Shown: positions 1 to 12,498 of the stretch, piece after piece
Layout: each line of letters begins with the position of its first letter
Position numbering within the stretch: the stretch's first letter is position 1
Source of the DNA: Eledone cirrhosa
Taxonomy: Eukaryota
DNA length: 64,000 nucleotides
NCBI GenBank assembly: GCA_964016885.1
Contig: CAXHJY010000413.1
Coordinates: 60,405-124,404 of the forward strand
Reading direction: 5' to 3'
Program-made: the position numbers and the translations under genes
The notes under the pieces: model-generated
Told to the model about the DNA's origin: nothing
The model's database searches: none
The model's input: only the letters and a program-made list of their open reading frames with translations

Positions 1-596
1 GGTGCTCTGTTTGTTCATGAATTTCAGCCTCGTTGTTGATGTGGTGACAATTACTACTAGAGTTAGCTGACCTTTCTCGCTGTTCTTCAGTGGAAGTGGG
101 ATGGATTTCAGCAAAATTGTTGGTGAACTGTTCACTGTTAGATTTAGCTGGCCATTCTCTTTGTCTGTCAGTGGAGGTGGGGTGGTTGTCTACAAGGGCT
201 GTATTTGTAGTGTCACTCAATTCTGTTAGATATATCAATTTACATCTAATGATACGTTTGGCCTGTTCATTTAAATGCTTTGGGGAAAAGTCTAATTCTG
301 GGTGTTTGGAGTTCCATAGAGTTTTTAGCCTTTGCATAAAACCGAACTTTTGGGGTTCAGATTGTTTGTATGCTTCATATAATACTTTAAGCTCGTAGCT
401 CCACTGTATACAACGGTTGTAGTTGCGATTTGGTCGAAGGAGACTTGTACTTTTTGCCATGATGAGTTCGTCTATTCACTAATATTTCGTATTTATTTTT
501 CAAAATAGTCGATGATCTTCTTTAAAAGTTTCGACAAAGTTCTGTCAGAATCAAATTTAAAGTTATTCACGGCTTGGGTAATATTTCTTTTCAGTT
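1..596 (-). mobile_element. 5' end of R4/Dong-like non-LTR retrotransposon, family 1 (continues left of the window)
   Basis: Homologous to 26420-27045. Contains the ORF start MAKSTSLLR and abuts (TATG)n. Confidence 0.85.
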
Positions 597-686
597 GTAT
601 GTATGTATGTATGTATGTATGTATGTATGTATGTATGTATGTATGTATGTATGTATGTATGTATGTATGTATGTATGTATGTATGT
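597..686. repeat. (TATG)n microsatellite. Others at 1388-1494, 22534-22630, 23275-23304, 27046-27110, 49429-49534, 50170-50223 and 53965-54020.
   Basis: Directly visible. Confidence 0.98.
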
Positions 687-689
687 ATA

Positions 690-1387
690 TCCGGGAGAGA
701 TGACCCCTTAGCCTTTGTCAAGGCAGAATTCTAGGAGAAGGAAAACTCTGATATAACACCTGCAACCCTGATGGTATCCAATGATGTTGACTTGTTCTTC
801 GTTTTGGTAAATATCATCTTGGTTAAGAGAGTGGGACTGGCTTTGTGCAGTGCCTTTGCTCACTATAAAAGCTTCACGGCACAGGCATTGCTTCATATCT
901 GGAGATCTCTCTGCACTTGTCGTCACATGGTGCCATGGGCCCAGCACTATGTGTCAATAATTGTCACAGGTGTAGTGTTTGTACCAGAGTTTTCAAGTCG
1001 CTGGCTGGACTAAAAAGTCACAGTTGTTTAGCGCATCGGTAGGGGTTCTCCTACATGGATATAAAGTAGTGGCCGTACTCGAAAACGAGTTGGCAGCCAC
1101 CATGTATGTATGTATGTATGTCAGGTCACCAGTTGGTGTTACTGGTAACATGTTCGGGTCGTTGGCGACTAAACTGGCAACCCCACCAAGGTTTCTTGGT
1201 GAGGACGTTTACTTTGGGCATCCTGCAGGACTAAAAGCAAAACCTGTCAAAGAGCAAAGGAGCTCTTAAGAGTCACTGGCCATCCAAAATCACCGGGAGA
1301 GATGAACCCTTAGCCTTTGTCAAGGCAGAATTCTAGGAGAAGGAAAACTCTGATATAACAACTGCAACCCTGAGGTGGCAGCTACCA
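690..1387 (+). mobile_element. Two adjacent copies of the SINE-like element: 5'-truncated (690-1101) and internally deleted (1120-1387). Also at 27112-27803 and 54027-54718.
   Basis: Direct similarity to 22640-23247. Each copy ends in ggcagc[ct]acc(atgt)n. Confidence 0.8.
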
Positions 1388-1659
1388 TGTATGTATGTAT
1401 GTATGTATGTATGTATGTATGTATGTATGTATGTATGTATGTATGTATGTATGTATGTATGTATGTATGCATGTATGCATGTATGTATGTATGTTCTTCT
1501 GGTTTTATAATTTCACAAATTTTTACCAATAGAGAGAGAGTGTCGGTTTCTAACATAGACACAAGACTCTCTCATTGGAATTTACGAAGAAGTGTGGTAA
1601 GTAACCAGGTGGACCATAACGCACCAGAGTACTCGATACTTTGGGTAGTAGAGTGGGTA

Positions 1660-1782
1660 ATAGGAAAAGAGTCAGGACCCTGACGGCAGAGCTCAAGCCG
1701 TTTCGACGACTATTTCTGAGTCCAGAAATAGCCGTCTAAACGGCTTCAGCTCTGCCGTCGGAGTCCTGACTATTTTTGCTAT
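1660..1782. repeat. ~120-bp near-perfect inverted repeat or foldback (also ~28018-28140 and ~54933-55054)
   Basis: Arms agtcaggac..gacggcagagct.aagccgttt.gacg.ctatttctg and cagaaatag.cgtc.aaacggctt.agctctgccgtc..gtcctgact surround the 4-nt loop agtc. Confidence 0.9.
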
Positions 1783-1944
1783 ATATATATATGTGTGTGT
1801 GTGTGTGCGTGTGCGTGTGTGTTTATGCAATGGCGATACTCGTGCAATGGTCAAACTAGATGACGAAGGGGCAGCAACCATGTATGTACGGACGTAGGTA
1901 GGTACATACATACATATATTTCGGCCACTTGTATTCTAGCAAGG

Positions 1945-2210
1945 GTGAAAATATAACTCTATGTGCATGTTGACTTAATCCTAATCCTGGATAATCAAAT
2001 GCACTACACCTTCCGAAAACCCAATGAAACCCTACTCTACATAAACCGACAATCTAACCACCCAAAGGCAATCGCCGAATCATCTCCCTCCGTATTTCAC
2101 GCCTGTCTGCCAATGAGAAAATGTTCCATGGAAATGCGCCACATTACAACTTGTAGCTAAAGGAAAGCAGATTCAACGAAGGACTACAAGTGCAATGTAA
2201 CAGCCTACAT
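1945..2210 (+). mobile_element. Older Penelope-like RT fragment (also ~28318-28585 and ~55237-55505)
   Basis: YTFRKPNETLLYINRQSNHPKAI resembles the PLE thumb motif Y.RKP....Y....S.HP. It is followed by CA-rich low-complexity sequence. Confidence 0.6.
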
Positions 2211-3294
2211 CGGATTAACCGCATGCGAATTTAAAACAAGGTTCTAACCGCACCTGAACCGCTTTAGAAACCGGCCCCGGAGGAATGCTCGACACTATCC
2301 AGCCATATATGGGACCTCCGTGACTATAATACCACATACGGCCTGAAATGGAGTACCTTGTCCAAGTCCAAACCTTATGCGGGGGGCCACCACACGTGCA
2401 ATTTATGCTGAGAAGAAACCATCCAAATTTTGTTCGCCAAAAAAACAACCCACCAACAGATTCTACGAAATAACACTAGGAATCAGGACCCAGAAAGACA
2501 CCCAGCATATGTGCACACTGAGACACGTACACATACACACCATGATACAACACTATAGAAATACACTTATCTTTGTACACACACATGCAGCCACTTACAT
2601 ACCAATCAAACCCATGCTGCACAGTCAACACAAAAGTTATACACACATACTCTCAAATAGGTGGGTATAACGACAGCAATGCAACTGCTACACAAAGACG
2701 ACAACACTCCTCCGAGCACCCCATTACAAAAGAAACAATACCAAAGATTTGTGGGCTGGGCATACCTTACGTAGGCACAGGCACACGCTGTAACCATAGG
2801 CAGACTAAATTGTACAACAAACAATTACTCAATATAAATACACTCTCTATCACACAGACATTCCCTCACACGCACACCTACAGACACGGATTAACCAACA
2901 TCTATTCAAGCATATACAGTGCCCCATACACATACTCCCCCCCCCCAACATTTCGATACACACGCATGCCAACAGCCACCTACACACCCCATAAGGTGCA
3001 CATGAACAACACTATAATCCTTACCAAACTAACAACACTCACCCATACACTTTAAATTTGCTTATCATTTAGAATAAGGTACACATAAGCTACACCTCAA
3101 AACATACCCATAAGACCCCTACACACGCATCCTAACACACATGCACACATAACCTCATATATTAACATATCTTAGCAGTAGACCTTTTCTAAAATATACA
3201 CTTACACCGGTAAAATAACGCATAAGTTTCAGCATAAAGACATTCACCACCACACCTCGCAACAAATATAAATAAACAAAAGTCAATGACACAA

Positions 3295-3445
3295 AAACCC
3301 CAGTAAAATGCAGTCATAACAGATGAGATATAATGATATGGGACAGGGAAAAGAAGGCGTGCACAGCAGTGGAAGTTAGCTGCCCAGCAAATACCAATAT
3401 AATATCAAAGATTAGCGAAAAGGAAAATATTTATGAAGAACTAAA
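3295..3445 (+). mobile_element. Small Dong-like family-2 RLE fragment (also ~29667-29816 and ~56588-56737)
   Basis: Translates as KTPVKCSHNR*DIMIWDREKKACTAVEVSCPANTNIISKISEKENIYEEL, matching the ORF at 8331-9161 on the opposite strand. Confidence 0.85.
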
Positions 3446-3834
3446 GAGAAATAAAAAAATAAACACACTCGAAACAACAACAACAATTACAATACCAACA
3501 AGCCGGGCAGTGATCATTCAAGAAAACTAAAAAATAGCTACTTTTGTCTACAGTCATATAAAATATGACTGGGTATAAGTCTGGGAGTGTGTGGGATTGT
3601 TTTGTGATGTCATGCCGATCTTGGGTCTGCGTGTTAGCTTGCGTGGGCCCACATGTGCTTATAATAGTGAGAGATGGGGAGAGCGGGAGATACGGAGGCA
3701 GTGACAGTGGGAGTTTGGTTCCTTTGTGTTCGGCGCAAGTAGTGTATATTTATATATTTATTTACCACACCACATATAAATATGACCTAAATTGATCGTA
3801 AATTCTCTCACTTCTCCAACCAGATTGATGACGA

Positions 3835-3937
<103 letters not shown>

Positions 3938-4343
3938 AAATCAAGATGACGCAGCAAAAGACATACACTCTGTTTTCCCTTGAAAATTCTACAATTCAGT
4001 CAAATTTTTCTCGGCTTTAATACCAACTGTTTCAGGCTGCCATATTGTCATGTTACTTCCGGGGAGATTCTTAAGGGAGTTTTAATGCTAAAGCTAGGGA
4101 ACTCTAAAAAATCTCAATTAATTAATTGTCTACATAGACAATGAAACATACAAAAACACCCTTCCACATACGCGCAGACACACGTGTGCACACTAGTGCA
4201 CACACTCACCCACACAACCACTCCTTGAATATATAAAAAAGAACGTAACAATTGATTTACAACTTTCATTAATAGCCTTTCCTTGTCAATATCCTTTCCT
4301 TGGCCGCTTAACAGTTAACGACACGTCAATCACCTTAGGCCAC

Positions 4344-4432
4344 GCCCTTGACGAGACGGTTCACTCACAGCTGGTAGATTTATCCCCAGTCTGGAATTAT
4401 CTGTCGAAACGGCAAGAGCTCACCTGTCGGGC
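4344..4432 (+). ncRNA. Type I hammerhead-ribozyme-like motif with a C3U core change (also 30708-30796 and 57569-57657)
   Basis: GCCC-uUGACGA-GAC[long stem II]GUC-GAAAC-GG..C(U/C)-GUC-GGGC. All three stems can be drawn and the cleavage triplet is GUC. Confidence 0.65.
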
Positions 4433-4460
4433 TCCTATTCCCTGTAATATTATGCGTGTG

Positions 4461-4492
<32 letters not shown>

Positions 4493-4629
4493 AATTTCGT
4501 ACATCTGATGATATACGGTATCTTTAATAAATAAACATTTTGAAAGCCTCAGCTATGAATACAAGGCTGACGGCCAGCGCCGTCTGGCGGAATCAATCAG
4601 AACGAAGGAGGATAATTGTCTATGCATTT

Positions 4630-5430
4630 CCACAGCAAAATCCACGTCAATAGATGGATACAGGGACACAACATCCATACTACCTATTATGCAGTTTGTT
4701 AGGTCCCTAGATCGGTTACTCACGCCGATTCTGCTGAGGAGGTCCTCCGTGCTGTCACATACATCTGGGGACATTTCAATGATGGGGCGTATGATGGTAT
4801 GGTGGGACAGTAGACTTAAACTTAAATTTAAACAACAATTAGAAGACCCCTTAACCCTGATAATGTACTCCCGCTACGTTGATGATATAAACATCGTAGT
4901 TAAGACACCCCCACTAGAGAACAGTCAGGAACTAGAGAAAAACACAATGGAAAGCATCCAGCAAATAGCAAACTCCATCCACCAGTGCATCAGAGTTACT
5001 ATAGACTACCCAAGTAAACACCCCAACCATCGATTACCTGTACTAGACACAGAGCTCTGGTTAGATACCATTAACAACAAAAAACAAATCCCCCATTCCC
5101 ATTATGCCAAACCCATGACTTCCAAACATCTGATCCACCGAAACTCGGCCGTTTCGGACCATACCAAAATCAACATACTGATTGCGGATTTGGCACGGGT
5201 GATGAGAAACGTGTCCCGCATGTGCAACCCCGAAGAACTAGAGAGACACATACAACACTTCATCCATCGTATGCAGTTCTCTGGCTACAATCAGAGAGAT
5301 AAAATCAGAGTGTATAGAGGAGCCAGAACCAAATGGGAAAAAATGGTAAATAATGACATAAATGGGACCTGCCGCTTGTATAGAAGCAAATTTTGGAATA
5401 GAATAGAAAGAACTAGGAACAAGGCTAATA
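4630..5430 (+). mobile_element. Penelope-like element, unit 1 copy lacking GIY-YIG and 3' UTR
   Basis: Near-identical to 31022-31825, then fused to CRE sequence at a TAGA microhomology (~5428). Confidence 0.85.
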
Positions 5431-7952
5431 GACGACAAGGGAGACGCGCTGGAAGTGCCATTCCAACTCGCGAGGCTCACACCTGCGGCTGGCCAGCTCA
5501 GCGCCTATGGTGGTGAGTAGGTAGGTAGCCGTAGGTCCGAGGACACCAGAAGTCTCCACTGCCAAGGGTACGACGGCAAACCTGTGGGAAAGCGACCGGT
5601 ATTTGGAGAGTTTGGCCTCCTCAGCCCGACGTGCAGCAGAACCTGGGTTAGTTGCAGACTGCACCAGGTTGCAGCTGGAGAAAGTGTCGGTGCAAGTGGC
5701 ATCCCAGACGAGGGGTTTGCCACCGCGGAAAGGGAAGATGGTCATACCATCTAGCCTTTAATGATATCACGGCCGCAATCAGAGTGTTTGTCTCAGAGAA
5801 CACTGTCCTCCAACCTACTGAGGAGGTCCTGGCTGCCCTGCGACTCAAGCACACTGAGCCACCGACTGACCTCAGACCCATACCCCCACCCGATCCTCAC
5901 TTGCTCCTTCTGGCTTCCGACGCAGATATCATGACTACTATCAAGTCCTTCCCAGTTAGCAGCAGTGGAGGTGCTGATGGTCTCCGACCTGGCCACCTCA
6001 AGAAGTTACTATCCCCCCTCTTCGCTGAGGCCGGGCCCCGCTTTCTGAGTGCAATTGTGGCACTCACCAATAGGCTTATCCATTGCGCCCTGGACCCTCA
6101 TGCCCGAGGCCAAATTTTTTCGGCTAGCCTGACCGCTCTCATGAAAAAAGAGGGTGGCATACGCCCCATCGCTGAAAGCAATATCTCCCGGAGGCTGGCT
6201 GCCAAGGAGGTCTGCAGGTCCATAACGGGTGAACTTGGTGTCGGCGTAACCGGTGGCTGTGAGGGAACCGCACATGCAACCAGGCCACCGGAACCGACAT
6301 CCAGGGACTCCAGGTACCTCATCGTCAAGCTGGACATGAGGAATGCCTTTAACTGCATACGCCGGGACTATCTGCTCGATGCCTGTCTCAGCCGAGCCAC
6401 CTCTGCCTACCCGCTGGCCTACCTGTCGTATGGCTCCCCGAACCAGCTCCTTGCTGCTGATACGATCATACCTTCGGCCACTGGGGTCCAACAGGGCGAC
6501 CATTGGTCCCCCTCCTGTTTGCCCTTGGTATAGACCATCTTGCCCGGAGTATCACGGCCCCTCTCAACGTTTGGTATCTGGATGATGCTACATTGGACGG
6601 ATGCGTACAGACTATCTGCCATGACCTACTATCGGTGGTTCCTACCCTGGCGGAAGAGCTGAATGTCAGCCCCTCCGTCTCGAACTTGCGGTCCATTCTT
6701 CACCAGGTACAGGTGACCCCCAAAGAGGATGTCCTCATCCTCGGGTCACCGATCCACCCACCGGCCATCCACTCCACCATCAGGTCCAGACTTCAACAAC
6801 TCCAGACTCTCACAAGCCGACTGGGCTTGATCGACGGCCACCCAGCTCTCTTTCTCTTGAGGAACTGCTTCGCCATACCGAAGTTCCTCTATACCCTTCA
6901 CAGCGCTCCGTGCTACACTCACACATCTCTCCTCGTTGACCTCGATACTTGTATCCGAGCAGCCGAGGAGATATGCGACGTCAGGTTTGACGACATTGGA
7001 TGGCAACAGGCCACTTTAACTGTCAGATATGGCGGCCTTGGACTCCAGTCCCCGATCTCACTGGCTTTGCCGGCGTTTCTTAAGTCGATACCCTCATGCC
7101 GCGTCCTCGTCAGCAGGGTTCTCCAAAACACAATAGAACCCTCTGTGATCAGGGAAACTGAAGCCGCCTGTGAGACGTGGGATCGGCTGGCTGGAACGTA
7201 ACCCAGTAGACGTCCCTCCCCCTTTTCCCCCTGGTGACGTCAAATCCCCCCAAAGCTTTTGAGATGCCGTCCAGTGCAGCTTAGCCTCAGACAGGCTCAC
7301 GCGTCAGCTCGACCAACACCGCCTCGCCTGGTTTCGTGAGGCCTCCAAATCCCAAAGTGGTGCTTGGCTCCATGCCCTGCTCTCCTTCTCCACTGGGTCG
7401 CAGCTAGATAACTATAGACTGCGAATCGGCATTTCCTTGAGGCTCGGCCTCCGGATCTGCTAGCCACACCAATGTCGGTGTGTATCCACAGTGATCCCTT
7501 TCGGCCTCCGCCCGCTTTCCTGTCTTCACAGTGCCGGCCGCCTTCCACGCCATGTTGCCCTCAACGAGGTCATAAAGCATGGCTTGGACGCTGCAGGCTT
7601 CCCTTCCCAGCTCGAGCCGGTGGGGGTGGACTGAGGCGACGACAAAAGGCCAGATGGTATGACCAGCACCTCCTTGGTGGGTTGGAGGACTGTGTCCTCT
7701 GAGGCAACCACTCTGACTGCGGCCGAGATATTACTAAAGGCTAGATGGTATGACCATCTTCCCGTTCCGCGGTGGCAAACCCCTCCTCTGGGACGCCACT
7801 TGCACCGACACTTTCTCCAGCCGCAACCTGGTTCAGTCTGCGACTAGCCCAGGTTCTGCTGCACGTCGGGCTGAGGAGGCCAAACTCTCCAAATACCGGT
7901 CGCTCTCCGACAGGTTTGCCGTCGTACCCTTGGCAGTGGAGACTTCTGGTGT
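5428..7952. mobile_element. CRE-clade non-LTR retrotransposon remnant (RT + RLE) with inverted 3' end, unit 1
   Basis: Plus strand: SGGADGLRPGHLK, GGIRPIA, KLDMRNAFN, GVQQGD, WYLDD, GGLGL, SGAWL, KRPDGM. The C-terminal WDATC.DT..AE..K..KY..ET.G segment appears on the minus strand at the left and on the plus strand at the right. Confidence 0.85.
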
Positions 7953-8204
7953 CCATACTCACAAAGGTATGACTTGAGTTGACAAATTTCTCTATTGGTT
8001 TTACTTTACTATTTGTCAAAGAATATGACTTTGTTCCAACTCCATGAATCTATAATATTATAAAGCTGAGTGTCGTGTGTATTATGTATGTATGTTCTTC
8101 TGGTTTTATAATTTCACAAAGTTTTACCAATAGAGAGAGAGTCGGTTTCTAACATAGACACAAGACTTTCTCATTGGAATTTACACAACATCAACTAGGT
8201 AGAT

Positions 8205-9816
8205 ATGTATGTATGCATGCATGCATGCATGTGTAGATATGGATGTTATTGTATGTGTGGATGTGTATGTTTTGAGTTGTATGTGTGCATGTGTATATGC
8301 TTTGTATTTGTACATGCGTATATGCAGTTATTAGATGCAACATTTTTGGAATGTTTTACATATTTTTACTGTTCCAGTAATGGATTGTACTTTTAATTTC
8401 CTAACTAGTTGTGTTCTTTCTGTTCCTGTGAAGCCTAGCTTCTCAAGATTTGTATTGAGGCAGTTACTAACATATCCCAGTGCCCCAATAATCACAGGCA
8501 TAAATCTGAAGGTGTAATCAGGGTGGAGTATCTGCAGCTCTCTCATCAGTTCTGCATGAATATTCTCCTTTTCACTAATCTTTGATATTATATTGGCATC
8601 TGCTGGGAAGCTAATTTCCACTACTGTGCATGGTTTCTTCTCCCTGTCCCATATCATAATATCTGGTCTGTTATGCCTGCATTTTATTGGGGTTTTTACT
8701 GGAACATTCCACCAGTACTCTTTCATATTATGTACATGGATGTCTTCCACATTGTTGTAGCTTTTAATGTGTTTATTATCGGGGCTATCTTTTTTACGAA
8801 CTGCATTGTACAGTGTTTTGGCCACTACGTCATACCTCATAGGTAGATAGTACTGCGATGACATCTTTAGACAGCTCCTGATGACATGGGTGATATCCTC
8901 GATGTTAGTTCTGCAGAGTCTGCACTTGTTATCACATCTAGGTGTTTTGCCTGCATCCCTATCTCTTTTGTGAATCAGGTATGTTGTGCTACTCTCCTGT
9001 TCCTGGATTGCAAAAGCGTGTCCTTCAAAGTGGAAGCCAATATAGCGGTTGTTGGTCCAAGATAGACTACTTTCCTTATCTACATTACTCTCACTCTGGA
9101 GCTTCCTGGCAACATATCCATGCATGATTTTTTGCTGATAGGCATGCAGTTTTTCATCCATGGATTCACTGCGATACTGCTGAGCGACATCCCTGGGTGT
9201 GAATATCTCTCAAGGAGTTCCTTCCCAACTCTCATGATCTTATCTGTTTCATGCAGATAGACTTGCTCGAGAAACGGGCTCCTAAGCTTCGAGGTTCGTA
9301 GATGTTGTCGGAGAGATATGATGCGACATTCAAATGTTGTCTGGACTGATGTTAGGCCTCTGCCTCCCTGCTTACGTTTCAAGTAAAGGCGGTCTATGTC
9401 ACTGTTGATGTGGAAGTTTCCGGTGTTGTTCAGTATTTTTCGAGTTCCAACATCAACTGCTCGGATTTCGTCTATCGTCCAATTGAGTATTCCAACGTTG
9501 GTGTTAGGACAGGCACAGCAAACACATTGTGAGACACTGTTTTGTTTTGCACGGAGAGTTCCGATGACCAGATCTTTCTTAATCGGGTGTAGTATTCCCT
9601 GGTTACGCGTTCTTTATTAGATACCATTATAGGATATGTTCTCATCTATCCCCAGTTATCTGTAGCAGTCCTCATCAGATATCGGTGAAACAGTTAGGCC
9701 ATTGATGACAATGTTGCTAGATTGGGTTGTTGTTTTTCCCCGCTTTACAGTCATGTATGAGCATTTATCTTGGCCAAACTCCATTCCTATATCCTTTGAG
9801 AACGTTGTAACCAGGT
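8205..9816 (-). mobile_element. R4/Dong-like element, family 2, 3' half
   Basis: GGRGL, CRLC..H..SC, CRHNRPDIMIWD..VEIS, IIGALG. Truncated at ccaggt (9816), where it joins a CRE fragment. Confidence 0.88.
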
Positions 9817-10648
9817 AACCGGAGAAGGAGGAGAGACGTCTACTGGGTTTGGTCCAAGCCGGTTCCACGTCTCGCAGGCGGTCTCACGTTCCTCGATTAC
9901 AGTGGGTTCCATCGTGTTTAGGAGAACCCCGTTGATGAGTACGCGGTATGAGGTTACCGACGAAAGAAACGTTGGCAAAGCCAGCGAGACCGGGGACCGG
10001 AGGCCAAGGTCACCATATCTAACAAGTAAGGGGTGCCTGTTGCATATCTCCTCGGCTGCCGCTCGGATATAAGTGTCGAGGTCAGCAAGGAGAGATGCGT
10101 GGCTGTAGCACGGAGAGCTGCGAAGGGTGTAGCAGAGATTTGGCACGGCGAAGCAGTTCCTCAACAGGAAGAGGGGTCACCTGTACCTGGAGGAGAATGG
10201 ACCGCATGTCCGAGACGGAGGCTGCAAAGCTCGCAGCATCGTGCTTGACATTCATCACGAGTTGAACTGGAGGACGATTCCCGCTAGAGCAGGAACCACA
10301 GATTGTAGGTCATGGCAGACTTTCTCTACGGGCCCGTCCAACGTAGCATCATCCAGGTACCAAACGTTGAGCGGGACCTTGATACTCTGGGCAACGTGGT
10401 CTATACCAAAGGAAAATAGGTGGAAGCCCAAAGGGTCGCCCTGTTGGAACCCAGTGGCTGAAGGTATGACCTTATCAGCTGCAAGGAGCATGCTCGGGAC
10501 TCCATATGATAGGTAGGCCAGCGGATAGGCAGATTAGCTGAGGCAGGCATCAAGCAGATGATCACGGCGTAGGCAGTTGAAGGCATTGCTGATGTCAAGC
10601 TTGACAATGAGGTGCCTGGACTCCCTGGATGCTGGTTCCGGTGGGACA
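9817..10648 (-). mobile_element. Diverged CRE RT fragment (unit 2 retains only 37535-37816)
   Basis: KLDISNAFNC, GFQQGDPLG, VWYLDD and RNCFAVP on the minus strand. Confidence 0.85.
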
Positions 10649-10941
10649 GATAACTCATTTAAACGCTCGAGCGCTATCCCGCTCAACACACAACAAACAC
10701 CGTTAGTCTCAAATAAAACCACCCTGAACCATTTAAAATGCAAATACTTATATGCATAAAACATAATCTACTTTAGAAAACTAGGAAAGCTAAATCCAGA
10801 AAAAATAGCAAAATACCGAAGTTAAGATCATCGTCGCAGTATCTACTAGACCACTACAAATAAACTAAACATTCTAAGCAACTTACACGTACACACACAC
10901 ACACACACACACACATATAATACATACATACATACATTACA

Positions 10942-10978
<37 letters not shown>

Positions 10979-11185
10979 GTAAGAAAATTAACAAAGAAAG
11001 GAAAAGACAACGAAGGGAAACCAGGCAACACCAAAAAGAGTTTTTTTAAGAGAAAACATTAAAAATATATTGAAAAAAAAAAAAAAATACAAACAAAGCC
11101 ACAGAACTCCAGGGTCATCGACCGTTGAGATGAACTTTGGTAGTTTCGGCCCCTAACAATGGTATTGCTGGTCCAGGCACACATG

Positions 11186-11217
<32 letters not shown>

Positions 11218-11260
11218 TACATACATGCATACACACACACACATACACCCATACACACAT

Positions 11261-11295
<35 letters not shown>

Positions 11296-11300
11296 GACAT

Positions 11301-11337
<37 letters not shown>

Positions 11338-11699
11338 CGCACATACACATAGATACATACACACACATACATTAATTTCAATATTGAGTGGAGAATTCAA
11401 TGCTACGAGACATATATTATAGAGAAACTGTAGCGCCCCCTTTTCTCACGTCTATTAAATGTCTCCCCTTCACTTTTTATTTATTCTTACAATTAATACA
11501 CAACAACTATTAGTCTACCTCTTTACCATTTCCGTTGTTCGTTATTCCAACACATGATTTCCTCTCTTTTTTAACACGCACCATTTGTTTGTTGAATAAA
11601 ATATGATTTTATCAGATTATAACTAAATACACAATGAATAGATTATTCAATGAAGGAAACATTTCAATTAGCTGATAGATTTGGTTACATATAGCTATG

Positions 11700-11882
11700 T
11701 GGTAGTGACTTCTGGCGTCTTTGGCCCTAGGACCACTTCCCTACTCACCACCAGCGACACGGAGTTGACCACCCATAGGTGTGAGCCTTGCTAGCTGGAA
11801 TGGTCTTCCAACGTGTCTCCCTTCACCATTCTTCGGGGAAACGCCTTCTCTATTCTGTCCACTGGGGCCGCGGAGAGATCAG
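11700..11882 (+). mobile_element. CRE 3'-end fragment (also ~38154-38336)
   Basis: Encodes ILRGNAFSILSTGA, homologous to the C-terminus of the ORF at 33090-33464. Confidence 0.75.
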
Positions 11883-12107
11883 CGCGTGGGGAGAGCGAGA
11901 GAGGCAAAGGCAGTGAGTTAGAGATACACCTCGGTTATTCAACTGATCTTTTGATTGATTTCAATATATTATATGACATAAAAGGGTTTATATTTTAATA
12001 TATATTTCTTCTGGAGTTGGTTAAACTTTATCCCCCCCCCCCCCACCGTTCTCTTTCGCCTGTTCGGTGGACATTATAACTCCGCCGATAAATGAGCGGT
12101 GTTTAAA

Positions 12108-12498
12108 ATGATAGCGCAAGGTCTTCAAAATGTTTTTAATTAAACATACGGTATATTACCAAATATACTATACATACATTCATGTATACATCGCTATTTC
12201 AGAGCACCAGTCCTAATTTTTACTTTTTGCTGGACCGGCAATCGCTCTGTATAATCAGTTCCTGATTATTACTGGAATTCTATAAGAATCCAGCCTCTAT
12301 AATTTTCGGCAGAGGTCGGGGAGTACGTTGCTCTGAGGAACACCAACAGTGTGAAACAGAATCTGTCAGCTTCTCTCCCTTCCTTTGCCGAAAAGAGAAG
12401 TACGTGACATAGTCACTACTTTAAACTGATAGCGCAAGGTCTTCAAAATGTTTTTAATTAAACATACATTATGTATACATCGCTATTTCAGAGCACCA
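12108..12498 (+). repeat. Local direct repeat (12108-12209 and 12427-12498; also in unit 2)
   Basis: tgatagcgcaaggtcttcaaaatgtttttaattaaacatac...atgtatacatcgctatttcagagcacca occurs twice. Confidence 0.85.

Noticed and set aside
512-1683. ORFs containing MYVC/HTYI/CV/HT repeats throughout the window
   Set aside because: Translations of (TATG)n and (CA)n microsatellites.
2215-2448. Trp/Gly-rich 77-aa minus-strand ORF conserved in all three units
   Set aside because: Conservation is explained by recent duplication. It has no recognisable motif or splice signals and sits among transposon remnants.
4505-4558. CTGATGA...GAAA...TC as a second hammerhead
   Set aside because: No convincing stem I or II, and unit 3 reads CTGGTGA.
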